A DNA stretch of 64,000 nt, taken from Sedimentisphaerales bacterium (lineage in GTDB: Bacteria; Planctomycetota; Phycisphaerae; Sedimentisphaerales; SM23-30). The notes beneath the pieces were generated by a model. The model saw nothing but the letters and a program-made list of their open reading frames with translations. It searched no databases and was not told where the DNA came from. This document shows positions 29,549-38,696 of the stretch, piece after piece. Position 1 is the first letter of the stretch, and each line of letters starts with the position of its first letter. Both the position numbers and the translations under genes were made by a program. Where the stretch lies: positions 256,001 to 320,000 of the forward strand of contig CAXXMR010000009.1 in assembly GCA_963663805.2 (NCBI GenBank), written 5' to 3'.

Positions 29549-32500
29549 ATGAAATATTTACCCGCATTACTGCTGATACTCTTGCTAATTACCAGTCCGA
29601 CACTGGGCCGCTCTGTATCTGAGGTAATGCCCAGCGGCGGGACGGGTTTTGACCCATGGAACCAGACTCGCTGGGCAGATTGGTATGACGGCAGCGGCAA
29701 TCTGGTCGAGCCGTTCGAGATTGATGTTTCGCTGACTTTTGCGACGCGGACAACGTCGTGGTGGTTTGACTCTACGCAGGTAGCTAAAATCCTGGGTGGG
29801 CTGCCTTCGGTATTTCTGGTGACCGAAAACAGTGATATTATTATCGACGGCAATGGGATTGTCATTGATACCCGCCCCAGCGCCGACCTCAGCCGCAGCT
29901 TATACTATTACTATACGAACATGATTAACCTCGATAACTATTCAATGGAAAACTGCTTTTTGTTCTGTCAGAGCGACTACTCACCTGCCGACACGAACGT
30001 AAGCGAAATCCACAATATGACAATTAAAGGCTTCTCCCGTGGCATAGCTTTTCATCACGAACATCGCCGGAAAGTCGTGGCTGAAAATATCAATTTCATC
30101 CGCAACCACTGGGGAGTATTCCCCCGCGGCCAGAACGGCCATATCGTCAATTGCGTGTTCAAGGAAAATACCCTGGGCGGGTTCTACTGTGAATACAATT
30201 CATATGACTGGATAATCGAAGGCAATACGTTTAAGGATAATGACACACGCGGGGTCAAGTCTTATGGCGACATCGTGGTGGATGCCTGCCGTGATTTTCT
30301 TATTACCGGGAATGTATTTCAGACGGCAACCTATTTCACCAGACCATACCACACCGCTATTTCACTTTATCGTAATCGCGGCGAGAATCTGGACGTCAGA
30401 GAGCTGGCCGCTCGCGATAATATGATTATCGGCAACACGTTTCATGATTATAATATCGCAATAGATTTCGCCCCGCGGCAGGGTGTTGCCAGCAACAATG
30501 ACAGCACCGAAGAAACCCGCTGCTATACGATGGATAATACCGTAAACGCCAATACATTCTACGATTGTAAAATCGCGGTTCTGTTGCGGAGCAATTATAC
30601 GACTATCAAAAACAATATGTTCAATGACTGCAATATTGACATGGCCCTGCTGAATATGTTCTACGCCGTGCATCACAACACTATTGACGAACCTGGTGAT
30701 GATTTATGGCTGTGGTCACTGGAAAGCGAATACAGCAGTTATGCAAGCTATCTGGGATATACCAACCAAACTGGCTGGGACATTCCGAGGAGTGAAAAGT
30801 TTTTTCATATTATCTGTCCCGGTGATTATCCGGTGGTTCACAATAACGGCGGAGCGGAATTTCTTTGTGCTGATTCGGTGGTTGTGCCTGACCACTGTGA
30901 CATAAACAGCGATTTACTGGTTGACATAAACGACCTTTGCCACATCGCAGAGGACTGGCTGGACACAGGGACATCCATACCTTATACCAATCAGACTACC
31001 GAATTGGCTTCGGGTGTCAGTGCGGTCCTTATTGGCGACTGGTCATTCGAGGAGAATACCGGTCAGTGGACCGATAATGCTGTGAGCGGCCAGCCGGACC
31101 TCAGACGTGGTTCGAGCGATTCGGCTTGGCAGGATCCGGAATGGTCCAGCGCTGGTTACAGCGGCAACTGTTTCCATTTTATCAGCGCCGCTGGTCGGCC
31201 TGATGGCGAAACTGATTTTTTGCGTCCGACCAGTGCCGCTGATTTAAGCTCATTCCAGACCAGCACCTTTACTGTCGAGGCCTGGATCAAGCTGGATTCG
31301 ATTCCCGAAAACACTTTCGACGGGTACAATCCCTACACGATCATTTCTTTTGGCGGCAAGGACAGCGCCAACGCCAATAAGGACGCGTTTTTCCTGAGAG
31401 TCACCCAGCGTTCCAGCGACGGCACGGGCATACTGAATGGTTACTATTATGATGAAAACGGCACAGGTAAATCAACTATTCATTCGGCTCATCTTGAGGT
31501 TGGCCAGTGGTATCATGTTGGTTATTCCCATGATGGTTCAGCCACGATTTATAATATCGCCATCTGGGTCGATGGTGTCAAAGAAGTAGGCAGTTCGGCG
31601 AATCATCCTCGTACCGACCTGACTATCAACGGCGAAAGTCTGGTTGTTGGCGCGATGTACAATCGCGCCCGCGGGTTCAATGGCTATATCGACGAAGTGA
31701 AGTTCTATACCTCCGTTTATGACAGCCATGTTAATCTTAATGACTATTCTGTCTGTGCCGAAAGATGGCAGCAGGAAAGCGACCGTCTGGATTTTTATTC
31801 GGTTGATTTTCAGCAGCCTTTGGATATAGCCGTGGGCGATATGGCGGTATTCGAACAAGGTGACGAACTCGCGATTATCTGGGATGAGCCGGTATCGAAT
31901 ATCTCCGGCACCGATTATTATACCATCGCGATTTTTGACCAGAGGGGTAACGAACTGGACCGCTGCGGCAGAAGCTCACGCCGCTGGAGCAAAATCGTCG
32001 CGGGTAATTTCCTGCCGGATGGCGGCTGGATTGCCGAAGATGAAAATTACGAAATAGCCGCCGTCAGCTCCGAGCCGGACGAAAATGGTTACTATCCAAT
32101 CTATATATTCCACAAAGGTTTCATGAACGCCTCGGTGATTTTGCTGCCGGAAAACACTAATCCGGCGGTTGCTCTGACAGCGGGTAATTTTACGACCGAC
32201 ACAGATGACTTTGATGAAATAGCGGTCAAACTTAGCGGTACGTCGGAAATTATCTGTCTCAAACCCAGCGATACCGGCTGGAGCCAGACAATTACCGGGG
32301 TCGCAGCTAATGTTGCCGGGATTGCCGCCGGCGAGTTCAATGGTCGGGCATCACAGGATGAAATCGCCGCGATTACCGATGTGACCGGCCCGGTGCTTAT
32401 TTACAAAATTAATACTGTCGGCCCATATAAAACCTGTGCCGACTGTAACAAGCAGTGGCAGAGTTTAGCTGTGGGTAGTTTTGATGGGCAGGCAATCAAA

Positions 32501-32848
32501 GATAACATTGTGCTGACCGAATCGCAAATCGACAACGGGATTTATACCCTGTACTTTTTCAATGATGTCAGCAACGTGCCGGTCCATCAATTGAGACTGC
32601 CTTTCCTGAACGCAAATCCCCAGGCGATTGACGCGGGAAAACTCTACACCGACACGGAAACCGAAATGTATCTTAAAACCAAGGGGATAAGCAAGAGCCA
32701 GTTGTATACCGATCATGCAAGCTGGGAAAATTCGCTGGCAATTATCACCTCCGGGCCGCGTGATTATTCAGCCGGAACCTATTGGATAGGAGTTAATCCG
32801 CTCAATAGTACGCAAAGCTGCTATCGACTGGTGCCGATTATACGGTAA
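29549..32848 (+). CDS. Large secreted multidomain protein: beta-helix (pectin-lyase-like) + dockerin-like motif + LamG + FG-GAP-like propeller
   Basis: Signal peptide; I.GN.F repeats; DINSDLLVDINDLCHIAEDWL; LamG closely paralogous to PEP-CTERM protein; AGNF..D..DEIA repeats. Confidence 0.8.
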   Translation: MKYLPALLLILLLITSPTLGRSVSEVMPSGGTGFDPWNQTRWADWYDGSGNLVEPFEIDVSLTFATRTTSWWFDSTQVAKILGGLPSVFLVTENSDIIIDGNGIVIDTRPSADLSRSLYYYYTNMINLDNYSMENCFLFCQSDYSPADTNVSEIHNMTIKGFSRGIAFHHEHRRKVVAENINFIRNHWGVFPRGQNGHIVNCVFKENTLGGFYCEYNSYDWIIEGNTFKDNDTRGVKSYGDIVVDACRDFLITGNVFQTATYFTRPYHTAISLYRNRGENLDVRELAARDNMIIGNTFHDYNIAIDFAPRQGVASNNDSTEETRCYTMDNTVNANTFYDCKIAVLLRSNYTTIKNNMFNDCNIDMALLNMFYAVHHNTIDEPGDDLWLWSLESEYSSYASYLGYTNQTGWDIPRSEKFFHIICPGDYPVVHNNGGAEFLCADSVVVPDHCDINSDLLVDINDLCHIAEDWLDTGTSIPYTNQTTELASGVSAVLIGDWSFEENTGQWTDNAVSGQPDLRRGSSDSAWQDPEWSSAGYSGNCFHFISAAGRPDGETDFLRPTSAADLSSFQTSTFTVEAWIKLDSIPENTFDGYNPYTIISFGGKDSANANKDAFFLRVTQRSSDGTGILNGYYYDENGTGKSTIHSAHLEVGQWYHVGYSHDGSATIYNIAIWVDGVKEVGSSANHPRTDLTINGESLVVGAMYNRARGFNGYIDEVKFYTSVYDSHVNLNDYSVCAERWQQESDRLDFYSVDFQQPLDIAVGDMAVFEQGDELAIIWDEPVSNISGTDYYTIAIFDQRGNELDRCGRSSRRWSKIVAGNFLPDGGWIAEDENYEIAAVSSEPDENGYYPIYIFHKGFMNASVILLPENTNPAVALTAGNFTTDTDDFDEIAVKLSGTSEIICLKPSDTGWSQTITGVAANVAGIAAGEFNGRASQDEIAAITDVTGPVLIYKINTVGPYKTCADCNKQWQSLAVGSFDGQAIKDNIVLTESQIDNGIYTLYFFNDVSNVPVHQLRLPFLNANPQAIDAGKLYTDTETEMYLKTKGISKSQLYTDHASWENSLAIITSGPRDYSAGTYWIGVNPLNSTQSCYRLVPIIR
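31034..31137 (+). repeat. 104-bp perfect repeat, copy 2
   Basis: Identical to reverse complement of 28063-28166. Confidence 0.92.
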
Positions 32849-32996
32849 ATAAATCCGCTGTCTTGGCTGATGGTGGGGGGGATGGTATAATGGCCGGCGG
32901 CATTACCAGAGACCGGCAGGGCTGATGTGGGCGTTAGCATCTTTTTCGGCAGGTCAGGAATTATCAGAGGCCGGGAAATTCCCGCGGAATTGGTCG

Positions 32997-33692
32997 ATGG
33001 ATCGCATAGTTCAGCATAAAGCCAGTTCAACTTCTTATCTGTTGCGGCGGGAGCGGCTGCTGGTAGAAAAGGTCAAGTTGGGCGACCGGGCCGGGGCACG
33101 GGAGATTCTTAATCAGCTGCTGGGGGCGATTATGTTTGATAATCCCGGCGACCTGGCGGTGCTGAAAGTGCGGGTAATCGAGCTTTTGAGTGTGCTGTCG
33201 CGGGCCGCGGTGGAAGGCGGGGCTCAGGCAGATTTACTGCTGCGGCGGAATCAGGGCTATATTCGTACGGTGCTGGATTTCCAGAACGCTGAGGAGCTTT
33301 GCGCGTGGATTGCCGGGCCGCTGGAGGAATTTATTGAATACGTCTATTCAACCCGGACGCGGAACTCCGGCAGCCATGTCTGGCGGGTAATTCAATATAT
33401 GGAAACACATTACGCCGAGCCGCTGACGGTGGAGAATATCGGTAGGGCGGTTGCGTTGTCGCCTTCGCATATCACTCATCTGTTTCGGCAGGAGGTGGAA
33501 ACTTCGCCCAATGCCTATCTGAATAATCTGCGAATCGAGAAGGCAAAGGAAGTGTTACTCAATTCGCCGCAGGCAGTTAAGGAAATCGCTCAGGAATGCG
33601 GGTTCCGGTATATGCCGTATTTTACGCGTACGTTCAAGCGGATTACCGGCCTGACGCCGAGCCAGTTTCGCCGTCGACAAAAACAGGACTGA
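32997..33692 (+). CDS. AraC-family regulator resembling the C-terminal part of PocR-domain regulators
   Basis: ERLLVEKVKLGDRAGAREILNQLL, C-terminal IAQECGFRYMPYFTRTFKRITGLTPSQFR; start uncertain (32925 or 32997). Confidence 0.8.
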   Translation: MDRIVQHKASSTSYLLRRERLLVEKVKLGDRAGAREILNQLLGAIMFDNPGDLAVLKVRVIELLSVLSRAAVEGGAQADLLLRRNQGYIRTVLDFQNAEELCAWIAGPLEEFIEYVYSTRTRNSGSHVWRVIQYMETHYAEPLTVENIGRAVALSPSHITHLFRQEVETSPNAYLNNLRIEKAKEVLLNSPQAVKEIAQECGFRYMPYFTRTFKRITGLTPSQFRRRQKQD

Positions 33693-33697
33693 ATTTT

Positions 33698-34750
33698 CTA
33701 TTCGCCCCGGAACTCCCGAATCGCTTTATTCATGGCCAGGTAACCAGTTATGGGTACATAGCCGGGGATGGAATTGCCGGAACCATAGGCTACGCCGCCG
33801 TGGGTTGCGGTTTGCTCCAGGATATTGATGGTATATTTGCGGATTTCTTCGGGGGTGTTTTGGCAGAGAATATCCATATCGATGCCGCCGAAATTACCAA
33901 TGCGATCGCCATATTCCGTCACCCAGCGGGAGAACGGGGCGATGGCGTCTTCGTTGGAGTGTTTGGCATCGATTTTCGCTTCGGTGATGATGTTATCCAT
34001 GACATTGAAGATGTTGCCGCAACTGTGTAATAGAAAGGGTTTATGGGCGGCGTGGACAATTTCGATGATTTTTTTGTATTGCGGGATGATATGATTTTTG
34101 ATGTCTTCGGCACTGAGCAGTGATGAACTTTTGAAGCCCAAATCGTCGCCGAAGCGACAGACGGCGTAGATGTCGGCGTAGTTTTCGAGGAAGCGTTTCC
34201 AGATTCGGCTGTTTACTTCGCCGACGGTTTCGAAGAGTAGTTGGTATAACTCATTGTCGTCAATAGAGATAAGGCAGAGGCTTTCGTAGCCGACGACTTC
34301 CTGGACACATTCAAAAATTCCGTTGCCGACTCCTCCGACGGCTTTCATGCCTGGGGGGAGGACTTCGCGGAGCATATCGAAATGCACGTAAGCTGTTTTT
34401 TCATAAAGAGTTTCGATTTTGTCCCAGGGATATTTATCGAAGTCGGAGCGGTTTTGGATTTCGCCGGGTTTATGACCTCCGAGCGAGCCTCTGCCGGGCA
34501 TGACGTGGCCAATACAGTATTCCACGGGGACGCAGTCGTAGCCCATTTCCAGGCAGAAGGAGCAGATGGTTTCGTAATACTCTTTTATATCGGAACTTAC
34601 GTTACTTTCTCTGAGTTGGGAGAGGTTGCGGTTGTAATATTTGCTGAGGAATGGTTCGTCGATTCCGTGGTCGTAAAGGGGGATGCGGTCGGGTGAAATG
34701 TTGGTAGCAGATTGGGTTAGATTGTTGAAATTGGGGGTAAATCTAGTCAT
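33698..34750 (-). CDS. Uroporphyrinogen decarboxylase-like (URO-D/MtaA fold) protein
   Basis: FGDDLGFK, LLHSCGNI, GNFGGIDMD, YGSGNSIP. Confidence 0.82.
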   Translation of the reverse strand: MTRFTPNFNNLTQSATNISPDRIPLYDHGIDEPFLSKYYNRNLSQLRESNVSSDIKEYYETICSFCLEMGYDCVPVEYCIGHVMPGRGSLGGHKPGEIQNRSDFDKYPWDKIETLYEKTAYVHFDMLREVLPPGMKAVGGVGNGIFECVQEVVGYESLCLISIDDNELYQLLFETVGEVNSRIWKRFLENYADIYAVCRFGDDLGFKSSSLLSAEDIKNHIIPQYKKIIEIVHAAHKPFLLHSCGNIFNVMDNIITEAKIDAKHSNEDAIAPFSRWVTEYGDRIGNFGGIDMDILCQNTPEEIRKYTINILEQTATHGGVAYGSGNSIPGYVPITGYLAMNKAIREFRGE

Positions 34751-34905
34751 TTTAGTTCCTTTTTTACCGGTTTTTGGCTCTTTTTACTCATTTTAACGCA
34801 AAAAAATTAAAAATCTTCCGTTTTTGAACCAAAAGAACTATACTATATTACCTTTTTTGGACGAAATATTGTAAGAAAGTACCATATAGTATAGTTGCTA
34901 CAGAT

Positions 34906-35796
34906 ATGCAGATAAAATTTGAACAAGTTCCGATTCAGCGTGTTTCTTCCTTTTACGGCTATGTGAACGAGAAGAATTCCTATGATTTTGATATGCATTT
35001 TCACCCGGAATGCGAGCTGATTTATTTTGCGCGGGGCTATGGCAAAGCATATACGCTTAGTTCGGTAGTGAATTATTTTGGCGGCGACTGGTTTCTTTTC
35101 GCTGGTGATGTGCCGCATACTTTTGTTTCCCTGACGAAAGATAATCGGGCGGTGGTGGTTCAGTTTCGGGCGGATATGCTGGGGGAGGTTTTCTGGCAAA
35201 ACCGGGATATGGCAGAGGCAGGGCAGATGCTGGCGCGGTCTTCGGTGGGGCTGCATTTTCAGGGGGCGGATATTGAGGGGGGCGATAAGAAGCTGAATAG
35301 TGATATATTGAAAGTTGTCAAGCTGGAGGGGGCGGAGCGGCTGGTGGTTTTGCTGGATATTTTGCGGCGGTTGGCGGGGGTGAAATGTGGCGAGGTTATG
35401 TCGGCGGATATTACGGTTAAGTCGGCTTCTAAATGTGATATGCTGATGGCGGCGTTGAATTATATTCATCGTCATTTGGCTGGGGAGATTTCTCTGGATG
35501 GTGTGGCGGAGTCGGTGGGGATGAGTAAATCGGGTTTGATGAAGATGTTCAAGCGGCGGACGGGCAGGACGGTTAATGATTATGTTGTCGAGCGGCGGAT
35601 TTATATGGCTTGCGAAAAGCTGATATTGACCAAGGAGCGGATACTGGATATTTCTTTGGATTGCGGATTTGCGAATTTCGCGAATTTTCTGCGGCATTTC
35701 AAGCGGCTGAAGAAGGTTACGCCGGGCGAGCTTCGGCGCGCGTTTGCGAAGCTTCGAGATGAGGAGCGAAATAATTTTAACGGCGACGGCGACTAA
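34906..35796 (+). CDS. AraC-family regulator with cupin sensor
   Basis: MHFHPECELIY cupin; ISLDCGFANFANFLRHFKRLKKVTP. Confidence 0.88.
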   Translation: MQIKFEQVPIQRVSSFYGYVNEKNSYDFDMHFHPECELIYFARGYGKAYTLSSVVNYFGGDWFLFAGDVPHTFVSLTKDNRAVVVQFRADMLGEVFWQNRDMAEAGQMLARSSVGLHFQGADIEGGDKKLNSDILKVVKLEGAERLVVLLDILRRLAGVKCGEVMSADITVKSASKCDMLMAALNYIHRHLAGEISLDGVAESVGMSKSGLMKMFKRRTGRTVNDYVVERRIYMACEKLILTKERILDISLDCGFANFANFLRHFKRLKKVTPGELRRAFAKLRDEERNNFNGDGD

Positions 35797-35922
35797 TATA
35801 ATCCTGTTCAAAAATATTAGTCGTTAAAAATCCGCATAATCCGCGGCTGAATATTTTCGTTTTTGTTGTTTGTGTTATTTCAGATTTAGTGCTTAGAATT
35901 TCCAGTTTATCTGGGTTAGGAT

Positions 35923-36159
35923 CTAATTACTAACGCGACCGCGACGACCAGTCTGGGCATCAAGCTCACCCTGCAACCCAACAATCTGTTGAGCCAGAGT
36001 TTCCAGCTCGGCGGCCACCTCACCCGCACAATCGTCACAAGCCTTACAATCCGACCATTCCCGCAAAAGCAACTCAAAAACCGGACTGCTAAGCTCCATC
36101 TCCATACGCCTGCTCCGACTCCGAGAAGGGTTCTCTCCCGATACAACCTGGTACTTCAT
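35923..36159 (-). CDS. Small hypothetical protein with CxxCxxC motif and coiled coil
   Basis: ORF with purine-rich RBS-like GAGAGAGA before ATG 36159; DCKACDDCA. Confidence 0.5.
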   Translation of the reverse strand: MKYQVVSGENPSRSRSRRMEMELSSPVFELLLREWSDCKACDDCAGEVAAELETLAQQIVGLQGELDAQTGRRGRVSN

Positions 36160-36345
36160 AAAATGTCTCTCTCTCAAAAACTCAAGAACATCTCTCCTGC
36201 GACAATGTTATCGGAACTGCCTCTTTCGGTCAAGAAAAAAACAAAGCCTTTTTATCAGTACTGCTAACCGCCCTAAACCTATAATTTGCATTATCCAACG
36301 CCAAATACTATAATATAGTCAACCAGTTGAGAGAGAGAAAAACCT

Positions 36346-37020
36346 ATGAACGCCAAATATATGATAATTGCCGCTGTGGCACTGGCCGCCATTGCCGCAA
36401 ACTACGTCCAGGCACAGGTTTACGGAAATACCATTTCCAGAGGCCCCTCAGTCCCCAGTATCAGCGTGGGCGGAGGAGCATCCAGCTCATTCCGGGCCTA
36501 TTCTGCCGGAATATCCGAACAAAGCTACGCCCGAACTTCGGCAAACCCCCTGTCAGCCTCAGGCAGCCGTCCTTCAGGCAGCGGACTGTCCTCACTGGCC
36601 GGCAAGGCCCGAATTAATGCCCGCCAAAATGCCCTGATAAACACCGGCAGAATTTCCAGTCGGGCTGGCATTAATATGTCTTCAGAATACGGCACCCCCA
36701 ATTCCTTAAGGAAAATCTCCCAGGATTATTCTGTCAGCAAATTACCACCCTTGCTTTCCGGAACCTCCAGTGATTTTACTGTAAATCCAGAATCACTCGG
36801 CGAAGTGGAAAAAACATACTATTCCAGCTCTCTGGCACGTGGCCAGGGACTCACCGACTCCGGCGCCCTGCTCAGCGCCCAAAAATCATCGGAATTCGAC
36901 AGTATCCTGAATACCAGACGCGGATTTTCCAACACCACCAGCCTGCTAACCCGCAGTAGACTAACATCCGGCCAAAAAAATTATTACAAATCCGCCCTGC
37001 CCAACACACGCCCCTGGTAA
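36346..37020 (+). CDS. Secreted Ser/Gly-rich hypothetical protein
   Basis: Signal peptide ending VQA; low-complexity mature region. Confidence 0.65.
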   Translation: MNAKYMIIAAVALAAIAANYVQAQVYGNTISRGPSVPSISVGGGASSSFRAYSAGISEQSYARTSANPLSASGSRPSGSGLSSLAGKARINARQNALINTGRISSRAGINMSSEYGTPNSLRKISQDYSVSKLPPLLSGTSSDFTVNPESLGEVEKTYYSSSLARGQGLTDSGALLSAQKSSEFDSILNTRRGFSNTTSLLTRSRLTSGQKNYYKSALPNTRPW

Positions 37021-37033
37021 TTTCAAAACACTC

Positions 37034-37067
37034 CCAACAGAAGCCGAGCCGCGTAAGCGGCCGGATA
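37034..37067 (+). repeat. REP-like palindromic repeat copy 1
   Basis: CCAACAGAAGCCGAGCCGCGTAAGCGGCCGGATA; related copies at 52150, 58051, 58084. Confidence 0.7.
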
Positions 37068-37126
37068 ATAAAACACCCCCGCCCAAGGCAGGCACCACGC
37101 CGTTCACTTCTGCCTCTTGCCTGCCG

Positions 37127-37828
37127 TTAAACCTCCTCAAGCAGCATTTCCGGCTCAACACCAATAGAAGCAACCGCCACCTCACCGGTATATTCCTCTG
37201 CGCCGTCCACCAGAAAACCCTTTTTCATCGCAGCGAAGGTAACCGTCAAATCCGCCCGAACCGCTGCCCCCAAAGTCTCTCCGCTATCGCAATCCAGACC
37301 CGAAGGAATATCCAAAGCCAATACCTGCACACCCTCTTCTCGTTCATTCACCATCTCGATAGCCGTACGGAAAGGCTCACGAGCAGCCCCCGAAGTGCCC
37401 GTCCCCAGCATCGCGTCAACTATCAATCCCGCTCCAGTCAGGCGCTCAGCCAGAATCTTTCCCGCCCCATCATCAGAACCAGCCGCATAAGTAACCTCAA
37501 AACCCATATTTTCCAGAACAACAAGGTTACTCAGAGCGTCACCGCCGATTTTCTCCCGCGGCCCCAGCACCAGCACATCAACATCGACATTCTCATTAAG
37601 AAGCTGACGGGCCACCACAAAACCATCCCCGCCGTTATTACCCGTACCGCAGAGGATAACCACCCGACCAGCCAAATCATCATCCAGCATCGAAAAAGCG
37701 AACCAGCTGGCACGAACCCCCGCGTTCTCCATCAGCACCAGCCCCGAAATACCCAATCGCTCAATCGCGATTCTATCACAAGACCGCACCTGCTCACGCG
37801 TCAAAACTATGCCTTCATATTTTTTCAT
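37127..37828 (-). CDS. nnrE: NAD(P)H-hydrate epimerase (YjeF N-terminal domain)
   Basis: LMENAG, LCGTGNNGGDGFVVAR, IVDAMLGTG, ALDIPSG, ADLTVTF; start 37828 or 37837. Confidence 0.9.
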   Translation of the reverse strand: MKKYEGIVLTREQVRSCDRIAIERLGISGLVLMENAGVRASWFAFSMLDDDLAGRVVILCGTGNNGGDGFVVARQLLNENVDVDVLVLGPREKIGGDALSNLVVLENMGFEVTYAAGSDDGAGKILAERLTGAGLIVDAMLGTGTSGAAREPFRTAIEMVNEREEGVQVLALDIPSGLDCDSGETLGAAVRADLTVTFAAMKKGFLVDGAEEYTGEVAVASIGVEPEMLLEEV

Positions 37829-37919
37829 AAAGCCCATTCTAACTTCCCCGCCCAACCGGTCAAGAAAACTCACCAAAATAAAATCTGGCCTATCCCGTCC
37901 ATCAAGCTATAATACCCTC

Positions 37920-38471
37920 ATGGCAACCGAAATTGAAGCCAAGTTCAAAATAGACAACCTCGACACTTTTGCTAAGCGTCTCCGGGAACTCGGTGCCCAG
38001 CCGCGACCAACGGTTTTGCAGCGGGACACCTTCCTTGATCGCCCCGACGGTTTCCTGCTCAACAAAGATGCCGGCCTGCGCATTCGCCAAACCGACAACC
38101 AGACCATCCTCTGCACCAAAGGCCCCCGTCAGCCCGGCCCCTACAAAAAACGAACCGAAATAGAACTACCCGCCCCCTCATTCGACCAGGCCCTGGAAAT
38201 GTTCCAAATCCTCGGCTACTCACCCTGCCTCTGCCTCGAAAAAAAACGAACCGAATACACACTCAACGATTGCCTCATATGCCTCGACCAGGTAGCCCTG
38301 CTCGGCAGCTTCATAGAAATCGAAGGGCCCGACGAACCCGCCATCAAAGCCATCATCGACCGGCTCAGCCTCACCAGCATCCCGACCATAACCGACTCCT
38401 ACGCCGCCATGGTCGCCCAATATCTAAAGGGTAAAACCCCGCCCTTAGAAGCTCTCTTCCCCAAATCCTGA
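37920..38471 (+). CDS. CYTH-domain protein (class IV adenylate cyclase-like)
   Basis: EIEAK (ExExK), QRDTFLD, LRIR, EKKR, LDQVALLGSFIEIE, SY. Confidence 0.88.
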   Translation: MATEIEAKFKIDNLDTFAKRLRELGAQPRPTVLQRDTFLDRPDGFLLNKDAGLRIRQTDNQTILCTKGPRQPGPYKKRTEIELPAPSFDQALEMFQILGYSPCLCLEKKRTEYTLNDCLICLDQVALLGSFIEIEGPDEPAIKAIIDRLSLTSIPTITDSYAAMVAQYLKGKTPPLEALFPKS

Positions 38472-38511
38472 ATAGCGCCATTTCTACCCAACTTTAGAAA
38501 TTTAACTGGAG

Positions 38512-38696
38512 TTTTGCAAAATGACAATTTGGCATACTTTTGATCAGAAAAAAGACGCTACGCTGTTTTTTCTGGTTTTACGCTTTTTTTCGTAAGTTTT
38601 ACGTTTGAGAATTTAATGCAATTTGATTTACTTTTAGATTCGAGATAAAAATCAAATTGCATTAAATCAGGTATGCCAAACTGTCATTTTGCAAAA
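38512..38696. mobile_element. MITE-like non-coding element with 26-bp terminal inverted repeats
   Basis: TTTTGCAAAATGACAATTTGGCATAC (38512-38537) vs GTATGCCAAACTGTCATTTTGCAAAA (38671-38696), 1 mismatch; inner perfect 19-bp IR 38611-38629/38649-38667. Confidence 0.55.

Noticed and set aside
34843..35811. 322-aa - strand ORF
   Set aside because: Antisense shadow of the AraC gene, explained by skewed composition
35829..35850. AATCCGCATAATCCGCGG short tandem motif
   Set aside because: Single occurrence in the window, so it cannot be supported as a repeat family
38512..38524. TTTGCAAAATGA shared between the MITE-like IR and the XylR-1 operator
   Set aside because: Short AT-rich match lacking the second 21-bp-spaced half-site; likely coincidence
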